From: Octopus bimaculoides
Taxonomy: Eukaryota
Assembly (NCBI RefSeq): GCF_001194135.2
Contig: NC_068988.1
Coordinates: 84,071,360 to 84,135,359 of the forward strand
Length of the DNA stretch: 64,000 nucleotides
Direction: 5' to 3'
Under the pieces are notes generated by a model, which saw only the letters and a list, made by a program, of their open reading frames with translations, did no database searches and was not told the origin of the DNA. Every line of letters begins with the position of its first letter. Position 1 is the first letter of the stretch. Below are positions 1-11,244 of the stretch, in pieces. Both the position numbers and the translations under genes were made by a program.

Positions 1-298
1 CAGGGGTTTTCAAACTTTTTGACTTGCAGACCCCTTTATATTTCAGGCTTCACCTTAGGGACCCCCTTATAAACGCTTATGAAATTTATACATAAATATT
101 TGCTTAAAATAACATATATTTTTACATTTATTTATTTCACAGTATTTAACAAATAGGTTTATTGTCAATTAAAAGATTTCGATTAAGAAAAACATATATA
201 AAATCAAATTGCCCATTAAAAGTATTTGCTGTCTATGGACCCCCGTCTTGCCCTTGCGGACCCCCTGTGGTCCGGGGACCACAGTTTGAAAACCCCTG
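1..298. mobile_element. hAT-like MITE
   Basis: Perfect 16-bp TIRs CAGGGGTTTTCAAACT (1-16) / AGTTTGAAAACCCCTG (283-298); non-coding interior. CAGGGG ends are typical of hAT/Charlie. Left TSD is outside the window. Confidence 0.85.
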
Positions 299-1242
299 TT
301 CTGAGTGACGTTGTTTGAAATAGTCCATATATAAGTATAGTTTGAAATGAATTTTCTGTTAAGTTTTTACATGGCACCGGCATGTTTTCTCTCTCTCTCA
401 CTACTCCATCTCTACTCATTGTTGACATACATCACCTTTTTCTTCTCCATCCCACACTCATGCTGTGTTTCTATTCAATTCTCTTACCAGCAAACAACAT
501 ATAGCTGCCATAACTGTCTTTCTTCTTTCTTCCTCTCTTTCTGATTTGTCTGCCCCCCCCCCCCTTTATTCACTTTCTTGATCAGTAACTCCAGTTAAGA
601 ACTGATTTGGTTTGTAAGGATCTGTCCAACTTATGTTAGCAATGAGTCATGTCCCTTGTATAACCTGTGTACAACCAACTACATCATGTATCAGGCCACA
701 ATACATGTAAAAATGGTAGCACAATGTCTTACAGAAAATTTATAACAAACTATACTTATATATGAATTATTTCAAACAACATCACTAAGAAAACATTCTC
801 AAAGTACATTTAGTAAAAGAAAGGTAGAAGCAAGTCTACCAACATTGAATAGTCTATCTTAGGTTGAGCCACTGCATACAGTCTATTTGATTGAAAAATA
901 TTATATTTTACTAGTTGTAAGGCAGCGAAAAAGAAAGAAAAAAAACATGATTTATGAATGATTCCAGAAAGTAATATATATATGTAACAAGCAAAGTAGC
1001 TAGTTAGAAAATCTCAATTAGAAATGAAAGTTGTAACAATACTGAGAAGCAATGTTTATCACCACATCAATATGGCTGTTCAACATTACTACTGTTTAAC
1101 CTCAGGCAGAGCTTCTGCCAGCTGGTTTTCAGTAGAATCTGCACCTCTGGATTATCAGCTCCGGTCGAACAGTCCAACAAATGTCAGCATGGAGAGTGGA
1201 CATTAAATGATGATGATGATGATATATATATATATATATATA

Positions 1243-1580
1243 TCGTTGCCAGTACTGCCGGACTGGCCTACGTAGGATTTTCGAGCGAGATCGTTGTCAG
1301 TGCCCCTGGACTGGTTCTTGTGCGGGTGGCACATAAAATACACCATTTTGAGCGTGGCCGTTGCCAGTACCGCCTGACTGGCCTTCGTGCGGGTGACACG
1401 TAAAAGCACCCACTACACTCTCTGAGCGGTTGGCGTTAGGAAGGGCATCCAGCTGTAGAAACTCTGCCAAATCAGATTGGAGCCAGGTGTAGCCATCTGG
1501 TTTCACCAGTCCTCAGTCAAATCGTCCAACCCATGCTAGCATGGAAAGCGGACGTTAAACGAAGATGATGATGATGATGA
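1243..1580 (+). mobile_element. RTE LINE 3' end (UTR tandem array plus (GAT)n tail)
   Basis: ~64-nt units, then ...CATGCTAGCATGGAAAGCGGACGTTAAACGA(TGA)n. The same tail follows RTE ORF2 at 62255-63460. Confidence 0.8.
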
Positions 1581-1589
1581 TGATATATA

Positions 1590-1860
1590 TATTCATTGTT
1601 ATCATCTTCATTGTTTTAATGCCCATGTTTCCATGCTTGCATGGTTCAGATAGAATTTATTGAGGTAGATTTTCAACAGCAGGATACCCTTCCTGACGTT
1701 GAACCCTAACCTGTTTCCAAGCAAAGTAATGTTTTCTCATGTTGAGACAATTTTTTGCAGAATATTGGAAATGAATAACACCACCTGTATGACAGTGACA
1801 GTCATTTACGATTATCATGCAATGTCAAAACAAAGAGACATAAACATGCACACATCCACA
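1590..1860 (-). mobile_element. older repeat with RTE-like tail
   Basis: Diverged reverse-complement tail (TTTCCATGCTTGCATGG); similar copies near 34640-35140 and 38890-39330. Confidence 0.5.
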
Positions 1861-1871
1861 TACATATATAT

Positions 1872-2040
1872 AACAGGCTTCTTTCAGTTTCTGTCTAACA
1901 CATCCACTCACAGTGATTTGGTCTGCCTAGGGCCATAATAGCAGACACATGCCCAAGGTGCCACACAGTAGGACAGTAGGATTGAACCAAAAACCATGTG
2001 GTTGGGAAGTAAACATTTTAACCACATAGCCATGCCTGCA
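1872..2040 (-). mobile_element. tRNA-derived SINE family B, 5' half
   Basis: Reverse complement of the head seen at 12811 and 14112-14493. Confidence 0.7.
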
Positions 2041-2289
2041 TCTTCATTTATATATATACATACACACACATGTATATATATGGCTACTGTGATTGTTGAG
2101 TATATAAACAGATTGGCTTTTTGCTTCTCTGGATTGATCAAACTGATGTAGAACCCACTGATGAGAATCCAATTAGATTTGAAAATCAATTAAGGTTGTT
2201 CATCATGTTTTCAATCTACAGAGAAACTGCCTAATTAGCCATGTTTATAAAGGCACTATATAAGTTATATATACAAATATATATATATA

Positions 2290-2670
2290 ATCATCCTCAT
2301 CATCATTTAATGTCTGTTTTCCATGCTGGCATGGGTTGGACAGTTTGATAGGAGCCAGCAAGCCAGAGGGCTGCACTAGCACAGGTGCTTTCTGTGTGAT
2401 ACTGGTACCAGCGAGGTTCCCAAGTAACTAGCAAGACAAAGACCTCTTGGTTGAGAGAGGGAGTGGAACTGAGAGAAGGGGCAGTGTGCCTGGTGAGAGG
2501 TTAGAGTATGACAGAGGGACAGAGATAGTTGTCTTACAACAGAGGAGACACTTGGCTACCCAAGTAGAACAAGGAAAGAGAAGAAAGGTGAGAGAAGGAT
2601 AGAGAGTTAGAGTGGGTGTGTGTGTGTGAGAGAGAGAAAGAGAGAAAAAGAGATGATGGTGGAGATGCAT
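2290..2670 (-). mobile_element. non-autonomous element with CT-rich body and RTE-like tail
   Basis: RTE-like tail at 2290-2420 followed by an AG-rich tract; same layout at 14570, 15770 and 50720. Confidence 0.5.
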
Positions 2671-2734
2671 TAGGGCCTACATACAGGGAACAGTGTTAGG
2701 GAGAGTATAATTATATATAGTTATATATATATAT

Positions 2735-3123
2735 ATGCGCTGGTATGGACATGTGGTGAGAATGGAGGAGGATAGCTGTGTGAAAAAGTGCCTAACAGTT
2801 GAGGGAACCCGTGGAAGAGGTAGGCCCAGGAAGACCTGGGCTGAGGTGGTGAGGCAAGACCTTCGTACATTGGGCCTCACCGAGGCGATGACTACTGACC
2901 GAGACCTTTGGAAATGTGCTGTGCGTGAGAAGACCCGGCAAGCCAAGTAAGATCGTTGCCAGTGCCCCTGGACTGGTTCTTGTGCGGGTGGCACATGAGA
3001 TGCACCATTTTGAGCGTGGCCGTTGCCAGTACCGCCTGACTGGCTCCTGTAGGATTTTCAAGCGAGATCGTTGCCAGCGCCCCTGGACTGGCTTGTGCGG
3101 GTAGCACATAAAAGACACCATTT
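2735..3123 (+). mobile_element. 5'-truncated RTE LINE (ORF2 C-terminus plus UTR array, runs into gap)
   Basis: ORF 2735-2950 RWYGHVVRMEEDSCVKK..RGRGRPRKTW is the characteristic RTE ORF2 C-terminus. Confidence 0.88.
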
Positions 3124-4082
3124 NNNNNNNNNNNNNNNNNNNNNNNNNNNNNNNNNNNNNNNNNNNNNNNNNNNNNNNNNNNNNNNNNNNNNNNNNNNNN
3201 NNNNNNNNNNNNNNNNNNNNNNNNNNNNNNNNNNNNNNNNNNNNNNNNNNNNNNNNNNNNNNNNNNNNNNNNNNNNNNNNNNNNNNNNNNNNNNNNNNNN
3301 NNNNNNNNNNNNNNNNNNNNNNNNNNNNNNNNNNNNNNNNNNNNNNNNNNNNNNNNNNNNNNNNNNNNNNNNNNNNNNNNNNNNNNNNNNNNNNNNNNNN
3401 NNNNNNNNNNNNNNNNNNNNNNNNNNNNNNNNNNNNNNNNNNNNNNNNNNNNNNNNNNNNNNNNNNNNNNNNNNNNNNNNNNNNNNNNNNNNNNNNNNNN
3501 NNNNNNNNNNNNNNNNNNNNNNNNNNNNNNNNNNNNNNNNNNNNNNNNNNNNNNNNNNNNNNNNNNNNNNNNNNNNNNNNNNNNNNNNNNNNNNNNNNNN
3601 NNNNNNNNNNNNNNNNNNNNNNNNNNNNNNNNNNNNNNNNNNNNNNNNNNNNNNNNNNNNNNNNNNNNNNNNNNNNNNNNNNNNNNNNNNNNNNNNNNNN
3701 NNNNNNNNNNNNNNNNNNNNNNNNNNNNNNNNNNNNNNNNNNNNNNNNNNNNNNNNNNNNNNNNNNNNNNNNNNNNNNNNNNNNNNNNNNNNNNNNNNNN
3801 NNNNNNNNNNNNNNNNNNNNNNNNNNNNNNNNNNNNNNNNNNNNNNNNNNNNNNNNNNNNNNNNNNNNNNNNNNNNNNNNNNNNNNNNNNNNNNNNNNNN
3901 NNNNNNNNNNNNNNNNNNNNNNNNNNNNNNNNNNNNNNNNNNNNNNNNNNNNNNNNNNNNNNNNNNNNNNNNNNNNNNNNNNNNNNNNNNNNNNNNNNNN
4001 NNNNNNNNNNNNNNNNNNNNNNNNNNNNNNNNNNNNNNNNNNNNNNNNNNNNNNNNNNNNNNNNNNNNNNNNNNNNNNNNNN

Positions 4083-4445
4083 GTGGTTAGGGCAGCGGAC
4101 TCGCGATCATAGGATCGCGGTTTCGATTCCTAGACCGGGGGTTTTGAGTGTTTATTGAGCGAAAACACCTAAAGCTCCACGAGGCTCCGGCAGGGAATGG
4201 TGGCGAACCCTGCTGTACTCATTCACCACAACTTTCTCTCACTCTTACTTCCTGTTTCTGTTGTGCCTGTAATTCAATGGGCCAGCCTTGTCACACTGTG
4301 TCATGCTGAATATCCCTGAGAACTACGTTAAGGTTTACACGTGTCTGTGGAGTGCTCAGCCATTTGTACGTCAATTTCACGAGCAGGCTGTTCCGTTGAT
4401 TGGATCAACTGGAACCCTCAACGTCGTAAGCGACGGAGTGCCAAA

Positions 4446-4447
<2 letters not shown>
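4083..4447 (+). mobile_element. tRNA-derived SINE (family D-like, young)
   Basis: A-box-like GTGGTTAGGG and B-box-like GTTTCGATTCC head, then a non-tRNA body; CpGs retained; the tail recurs degenerate near 40500-40670. Confidence 0.75.
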
Positions 4448-4489
<42 letters not shown>

Positions 4490-4649
4490 ATCTCAGTGCT
4501 CTCTTATGGCATGGGCATACTGGACAATTGTTTAGGAGTCTAGAGGCCCAATGCTAATCTATGTATGATATTGTTGTCGATGGAGGAACTTCTGTGCATT
4601 GCTTTGCAGGGTGCCTATATTACACTTAAGGATAACTTAGGTGTGTATG

Positions 4650-4687
4650 TTTTGTGTGTGTGCATGCATGTGTGTGCATGTGTGTAT

Positions 4688-4756
<69 letters not shown>
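4650..4756. repeat. (TG)n microsatellite
   Basis: Direct read. Confidence 0.95.
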
Positions 4757-4757
<1 letters not shown>

Positions 4758-4959
4758 GTGTATGGAAAATGGAAAGTGTGCATGCATTTTAGTATCACTA
4801 TATTTATTTTAATAAACTGTCTCACTGAATCCCAAGAAGAATGTGTCAACAAATATTAATATTGTAGAATCACAAAAGACTGTGTTTTGGAATTTGTTTG
4901 TGTCACATACTTAATTAATAATAAGTATGTGACAAACTAGTAAAGAAGATACCTCTACA

Positions 4960-5145
4960 GAGTTTCTCAACAATTTGCAAGAAATAACAGCTAAATTTCC
5001 TTCAAACACACCCTACTATCTTGATAGAAGGACATGAATATTGCAATACAAAATAGTAACAAGAAAATAAGACAGGACGGTCACCTATGAGACATCCTTG
5101 ATCATAGATCTGCTGGATTGGGGCTGACAGAGGGTAAAACAACAT
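4960..5145 (-). repeat. dispersed repeat (family E, unclassified)
   Basis: Similar sequence at ~26920-27110, 27480-27630, 28170-28350, 29400-29600 and 37790-37930. Confidence 0.55.
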
Positions 5146-5339
5146 CAGTTTCAGTTAATTAGTCTGCAGGTCCTTCTTTTTAACCTACAGTTGGTGGCCC
5201 TCAAAGTGGTAAATTGTGAATTTTATTTTTTAAAGCCATACAAGAAAGTGAAGAGAATGCATGTAAATGGCATCAAGTGTTTTAAAAATTATTTTTTTGT
5301 AAACAATAAAGAATGATAAAAGAAAAAAATTCTACGTAC

Positions 5340-5469
5340 TTGGAAGTCAACCGTGCTGGAAATTAGGGGCTTGTCCCTCTTCATGGTAATAGGATTGGTA
5401 ACAAACTGGGTATTGTCTTGATGAGAACCTATTCCCAAGAACACATTGTAAATGTGAGAATTAGAAAAT
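5340..5469 (-). CDS. candidate internal exon of an unknown host gene (FSNSHIYNVFLGIGSHQDNTQFVTNPITMKRDKPLISSTVDFQ)
   Basis: 130 nt, open frame, acceptor gttgactag and donor CAA/gtacgt; unique sequence amid AT-rich DNA. Protein not recognised. Confidence 0.3.
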
Positions 5470-5496
5470 CTAGTCAACAGTTATGTACATGATAAA

Positions 5497-5573
<77 letters not shown>
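5497..5573. repeat. (TA)n microsatellite
   Basis: Direct read; other long TA-based tracts at 8041-8103, 8341-8430, 9990-10300, 10742-10812 and 21395-21550. Confidence 0.95.
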
Positions 5574-5575
<2 letters not shown>

Positions 5576-5822
5576 CACACCCCCTGGGGGTTATATATAC
5601 ACACACACACACATATATGAGAAGAATTTAGGTCTTAGTAGACACAAGATGTGGTCTATTTCTAGCACATTAAATGTCCACTTTAGTGGTCAACGTTATA
5701 TATAAAAATATACTTTAATCCCCTGAGATCGCAGATATTGTTTCTGAATCTCTCTGATTCTTTAAATGTGCTAGCTTCCTGGTAATAAATCGATATTAAT
5801 TAATATATGATTTTTTAGCCTA

Positions 5823-5873
<51 letters not shown>

Positions 5874-5966
5874 CAGAGAAAGAGAGAGATAGAGAAATAG
5901 ATGGGTAGACAGATATGCATGTATATGTACGAGTGTACATATATGTATGTGTGTATGTATGTGCGC

Positions 5967-6003
<37 letters not shown>

Positions 6004-6759
6004 TAAGTCACAATATATGGATTCAAGTGATCTGGCAGTACCCATAAAAAAAAGCTCCTTAATGTATCATTCTACAAAACATAGAGGATATATAGTCCGA
6101 TACAAGAGAAAACAATGAGTGTAAAAATCATAAATGACAGAGAAATTGTTTGAGGATATAGCTTTTAAATTCTACATAATTTTGAAGGATTTTTTGCATT
6201 TTGCATTAATGCAAGTATGTAAGTAATTTATTTATTATTAAATGATTAAATGATTTACATGTTTTTAAGTTATGAAACAATTTGTTGTGATAGAATTTTC
6301 TTATAATTAAATAAAATGTCATCAAACTGTTTCTCTGCCATTTGCAGTGAAACTAAAATAGATAAGACTATAAATAATAGTAGGGAGTATACAAAATTTT
6401 TTAAAAACCCTTGGATAAGAAAAATTTGGAAATTGTCTCTGGGACTCAAACCCACATCTTCTGTGAAGATGACTTTTTCCATTCAAGGAGTTTCTGTTTT
6501 TTTAAGCCAATATTGTACATACTATTATTTATAGCTTTATCTGTTTTGAATTCCACTGTTAAAATAAATAATTCATATTGCTCAAAGTTTTTTAATTTTC
6601 TTGCTTTCTCTCTCTCTCACTCTCTCTCTCATACACACACATGCACACACACACATAACTGAAAGCAAAGCAATAAAAATAAAGAAAAAAAACAAAACAG
6701 ACCCTCCACATAAAAGCAAAAAAAAAAAAGAAACAGCACACATATTCAGCTAAAAACAT

Positions 6760-7330
6760 CAAAGAAACAGGCTTTTCCACAAAACCAGCTCCAATGATGA
6801 CTTGTAACTGAATGCCAGGGTGAGATAGTCCTTGCCCATACCACCCTCCTCCACAACAGCAACAGCAACCTTCAATGAGTCCTTGGTACGATGGGGCTGC
6901 TGACCAGTCATACCTCAATAATACGCCAAGCACAGCAGTCTAGAAAGCTCAGATCAAAGCTAGAAAGCTTTATGTTACATGATCACACAGTCCTCCTAGG
7001 CCTTGCCAGACAAAAGCTATCCTCTGCTCATCACATAAAACTTATAACTGAAGTTTTCAATCACCAGAAATCTGATACTGGATTCTTGCTTGGTGATGGC
7101 CTTCAGTGGCCTGTTGGGATTGTCGTTGATGATATCTTGAACCTGCAGGCCAAAATTGGCATTTCTGACAGCTGAGAGTGTTTCTTAATCTTTCCTTTCA
7201 ATGAAATGTCCCTGCTGAAGCCTTCAGCTCTTTCCTGACAACTGAATATGAAAGACCTAACTGCATATAAGAAGCTAGTGATTCTCAAGCCATTGTAATT
7301 GGTGGCCAAAAGCTATGAACACACCATGCC
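6760..7330 (-). mobile_element. degenerate, internally deleted maT/DD37D-like Tc1/mariner transposase
   Basis: Minus-strand pieces VQDIINDNPNRPLKAI..NFSYKFYVMSRG, FDLSFLDCCAWRIIE (decayed PDLNPLDYYVW) and PHRTKDSLKVAV resemble Bmmar1-type transposases. Confidence 0.7.
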
Positions 7331-7506
7331 TTTTCATTTTCTGTGTCAGACAGCAACCTGCTATGTTGATGCAGCAGATATGTCTAAAAGATAAAGTTAT
7401 AATTTGGCACATTTACGTTGCCTCCCATTTGTGGACCGCTAAATAATTAGTTTACAAATACCAAATGTAACCTCTGTGTGTGTGTGTGTGTGCATCTGTG
7501 TGTGTC

Positions 7507-7537
<31 letters not shown>

Positions 7538-7648
7538 TCACACACACACACACATAGACATATAATGTTTTAATATTTTGCTTAGGCATTGCGCGACTAA
7601 TAGCCTGGTGTAGAACTCACTATACATATACTTCAGAAGTATAGAGCA

Positions 7649-7830
7649 GTAATAAGAAAATGAGATGACAAAGGGATAAATGATTGTATTACGAATTTCA
7701 TCTGCTTACGGCTGTTTCTGCTATGCGATATAGTTGAGTGCCTGAATAGCATCTTATAGCTTCATTGGAGCAATTTATTTGGGAAAGAATTATATTATTG
7801 CTTATACAGGGGATGACATCAGCTATGAGA
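7649..7830 (-). repeat. repeat family F with decayed hammerhead-like motif
   Basis: Reverse complement GCTCCAATGAAGCTATAAG..ATAGCAGAAACAGCCGTAAGC; homologous to 7905-8040 and 55246-55380. Confidence 0.6.
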
Positions 7831-7837
7831 AAGCATC

Positions 7838-7871
<34 letters not shown>

Positions 7872-7904
7872 TTGTGCATGTGCGCACATATGTGTGTGTG
7901 TGTT

Positions 7905-8036
7905 CAAGGCTCTGATGAAGCTATAAGGTGTTATTCAGGCACTCAACTATGAGTCCACTATATGTTATACCAGAAACAAATGTAAGCTAAAGAATTTCAT
8001 AAGATTAATCATTTATTCCTTTCTTATCTGTCTTTC

Positions 8037-8040
<4 letters not shown>
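7905..8040 (+). ncRNA. type I hammerhead-ribozyme-like motif in repeat family F
   Basis: GGCT-CTGATGA(7912-7918)-stem-GAAA(7973-7976)-C..GTA-AGCT; stem II partly disrupted. Confidence 0.5.
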
Positions 8041-8106
<66 letters not shown>

Positions 8107-8338
8107 ATCATCATCATTTAATGACCGTTGTCCATGCTGGCATGCTGGAAGGCTGCACTAGATTTCTGTCTGATTTTGCATGGTTTCTACAGCTGCATAC
8201 CATTCCTAATGTTAAACACTCCGAGAGTGCAATGGGTATTTTTATGTGCCAGGATCCTTTTTAAGACACTTGATGCCATTCATTTGCATTCTCTTCACTT
8301 TCTGGTATGGCTTTAAAAAATAAAATTCACAGTTTACC

Positions 8339-8406
<68 letters not shown>

Positions 8407-8430
8407 TTATTTATATATATATATATATAT

Positions 8431-9165
8431 CAGGTCATTAAGAATGAAATGTCCAATTTTGAACTGAAAGTTTATTTTACTTTATCTCAACAAAAAGCAA
8501 TGCAGTTAATCAAAGTATGCACCTAAATGATCAGCACAATTTTGCCAGTTTATTGGTAGCTTATTTATGCCAGTAGTGAAGAATTCTGGAGAGCAAGAGG
8601 TGATGATATCATGAAATTTTTTTTCGCATCTTCTTCAGATTTGAAGTTTTTCCTTGGAAAAAGTTGTCTAAAGCCTGGAAACCGTGAGTGCAAGGTCTGG
8701 TGAATATGGTGGATGACAGAGTACTTCCAAGTTCAGTTCCTGTAACTTGAGTAGCATTCTTTGTGCAACATGTTATCAAGCATTGTCTTGCAAGAGAATT
8801 GGTCTGTCTCTATTGACCAATCTCTGTTTAATTACAAGTTCATTCATCATTTCATCCAGTTGATTGATGTATACATCTGCTGTAATTGACTTACCAGGTC
8901 TCATGAAGCTGTAATGAATGATACCAGCGCTGGACTACTAAACAGACACCAGTAAAATTTTTTGGTGAATATTCTTTTTTGGATTGTATTTTGGCACTTC
9001 GTCTCTATCCGACCACTGTGCAGAATGCTTGCAGGTGTTGAAAAGAATCCATTTTTCATCAAACGTAACCATACGATGCAAAAATAGTTTGCTTTTATGT
9101 CATGATAGCAAAGAGCAGCAAGTTTCAAGATGATTTTTATTTCTTTTCCCTTACTGAAAATCATA
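8431..9165 (-). mobile_element. 5'-truncated Mos1-type mariner transposase pseudogene
   Basis: Minus-strand FLHRMVTFDEKWILFN, SAGIIHYSFM, LLQDNA and a decayed HPPYSPDLAP motif, with stops and frameshifts. Confidence 0.85.
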
Positions 9166-10299
9166 TGGGGGAAATGATCAATAGGGGTGGGGGTGAAATT
9201 TCTGAGGCTTCAACCTCACCTCACCCCATTTTTCGGACCCAAAAAAGGGTTTTGTAGCACATTAGGAGGTCACAGGAATTCATTCAACAAAAAAAAAAAA
9301 ATTTCCAATGATTCCTATTCCCTTCCTCGCCCTACTGACCTTTTTTCCGAACCAAAATAAGGGATTTGTAGCACATAAGGAGGTCAGGATATTTAATTCC
9401 ACACAAAAAATCCGAGTTTTTTTCTTTTTTCTTGGTGAAAATCATGCGGGTGTTAATCTAAAAATTTACCCTTTGTTTTTCTTTCTTGCCATTGCTAGAC
9501 AGGTGACTTAACTCATATTAGCAAACTTACGGATTTCACCAAAGTGGAAATTGGTAAAAGTTATGGTTTTCAATCAAATTTTACTACTATCCACAGCTGC
9601 CTCAGGGAAAATAAGTTGACAAAAAACACAGCCATGATCGTGACCAATGTCCTAAAATTGGAGCGACATGCGTGCTAATTTGTGCACGTGCATAAATTAC
9701 ATTCGCGTACACACATACACCCTGCCTTCCATAGATAGATAGATAAATAAGTGACTTTAAATAAATATATTTTAATTGTTATGTGAGAAAGTATACATAA
9801 CCTGATTATAAAATATAGTGTCTTTCAAAAACATCCTAAATTTGAAAACTATATCTCATTTTACATTTTTATTTTTGATGAACGCTGTTAGTTACTCTCT
9901 CTCCCTCACATACACACACACACACACAAATGTACACATACATCAACACATAACTTCTCTCTCTTCTTCACACACTTTCACTCTTCTATGGTATGTATTT
10001 ATGCATGTATATATGCATGTATATATATATATATATATATGTATGTATATATAAACAGGTATATACATACATGTACATATATATATATATACACATGCAT
10101 ATATATATATATATATATATATACATGCATATATATATATATACATGTATATGTATATATATATATATGTATATACATTCATATGTATATACATGTGTGT
10201 GTGTATATATATATATATATGTTTATATATATATATATATATATATGCATATATATATATATATATGTATATATATATTTATATATGTACACATATATA

Positions 10300-10739
10300 T
10301 ATCATCATCATCATCGTTTAACGTCTGCTTTCCATGCTAGCATGGGCTGGACGATTTGACTGAGGACTGGCGAACCAGATGGCTACATCAGGCTTCAATC
10401 TGATTTGGCAGAGTTTCTACACCTGGATGCCCTTCCTAACGCCAACCACTCTGAGGGTGTAGTGGGTGCTTTTACGTACCACCAGCACGATTGCCAGTTA
10501 GGCGGTACTGGCAACAGCCACACTCAAAATGGTGTATTTTACGTGCCACCTGCACATGAGCCAGTCTAGTGGCACTGGCAATGACCTCGTTCGAATATCT
10601 TTCTCCGTGCCACTGGCACAAGTGCCAGGAAGGTGACGCTGGTAACGATCATGCTCAAATGGCGCTATTTACGTGCCACTGGCATGGAAGCCAGACAGCT
10701 GCTCTGGCAGAGATCACGCTCGGACGGCGCTCTTATATA

Positions 10740-10740
<1 letters not shown>
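10300..10740 (-). mobile_element. RTE LINE 3' end (tail plus UTR array)
   Basis: (CAT)n CGTTTAACGTCTGCTTTCCATGCTAGCATGG followed by reverse-complement 64-nt units. Confidence 0.8.
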
Positions 10741-10815
<75 letters not shown>

Positions 10816-11244
10816 TTATATGTGTATACACACACATATATATATATATATTGAAGCTATTCCTTATAGGTATAAAGATACCATAAACAAGTATAAAAAT
10901 GGAGAAAATATGTTAAAATCAAAATTGAATTCAATACATACGCATGTTTCAAAAGACAATACAATTGTTTAAGAAAAGAAAATAATAATAATAAAAATTA
11001 TAACTAGAGTTATGCATTGTCGTTCTCATCAGTGTGAAGAATTTTTAGGAAGAACATCAAAAAAGTTACTAATAAAATTCAATAAGGAAAAACAGATGTG
11101 TGCATGTATATATATGTATTGTATGTGTGTATGTGTAGCTATGTACGTGTTCTGTGTGTATCTATGTATATATATATACATATATGTTGTGTGTATGTGT
11201 ATGTGTATATATATATATATATATGTATGTATTTCCATGTGTAT

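Noticed and set aside
4083-4140. tRNA gene (also other SINE heads)
   Set aside because: A/B boxes are present, but there is no complete cloverleaf and the sequence continues into a repeated SINE body.
5191-5208. 18-nt plus-strand microexon LVALKV resembling kinase subdomain II
   Set aside because: No other kinase exons found; too short to exceed chance.
6830-6943. PPPQQQQQ-containing frame resembling a transcription-factor tail, and a psq-type HTH reading on the other strand
   Set aside because: Better explained by the decayed maT transposase C-terminus on the minus strand.
9943-10972. Many ORFs rich in YI, HT, CV or X runs (also near 21.2, 30.6, 36.6 and 56.6 kb)
   Set aside because: Translations of TA/CA microsatellites or N gaps.
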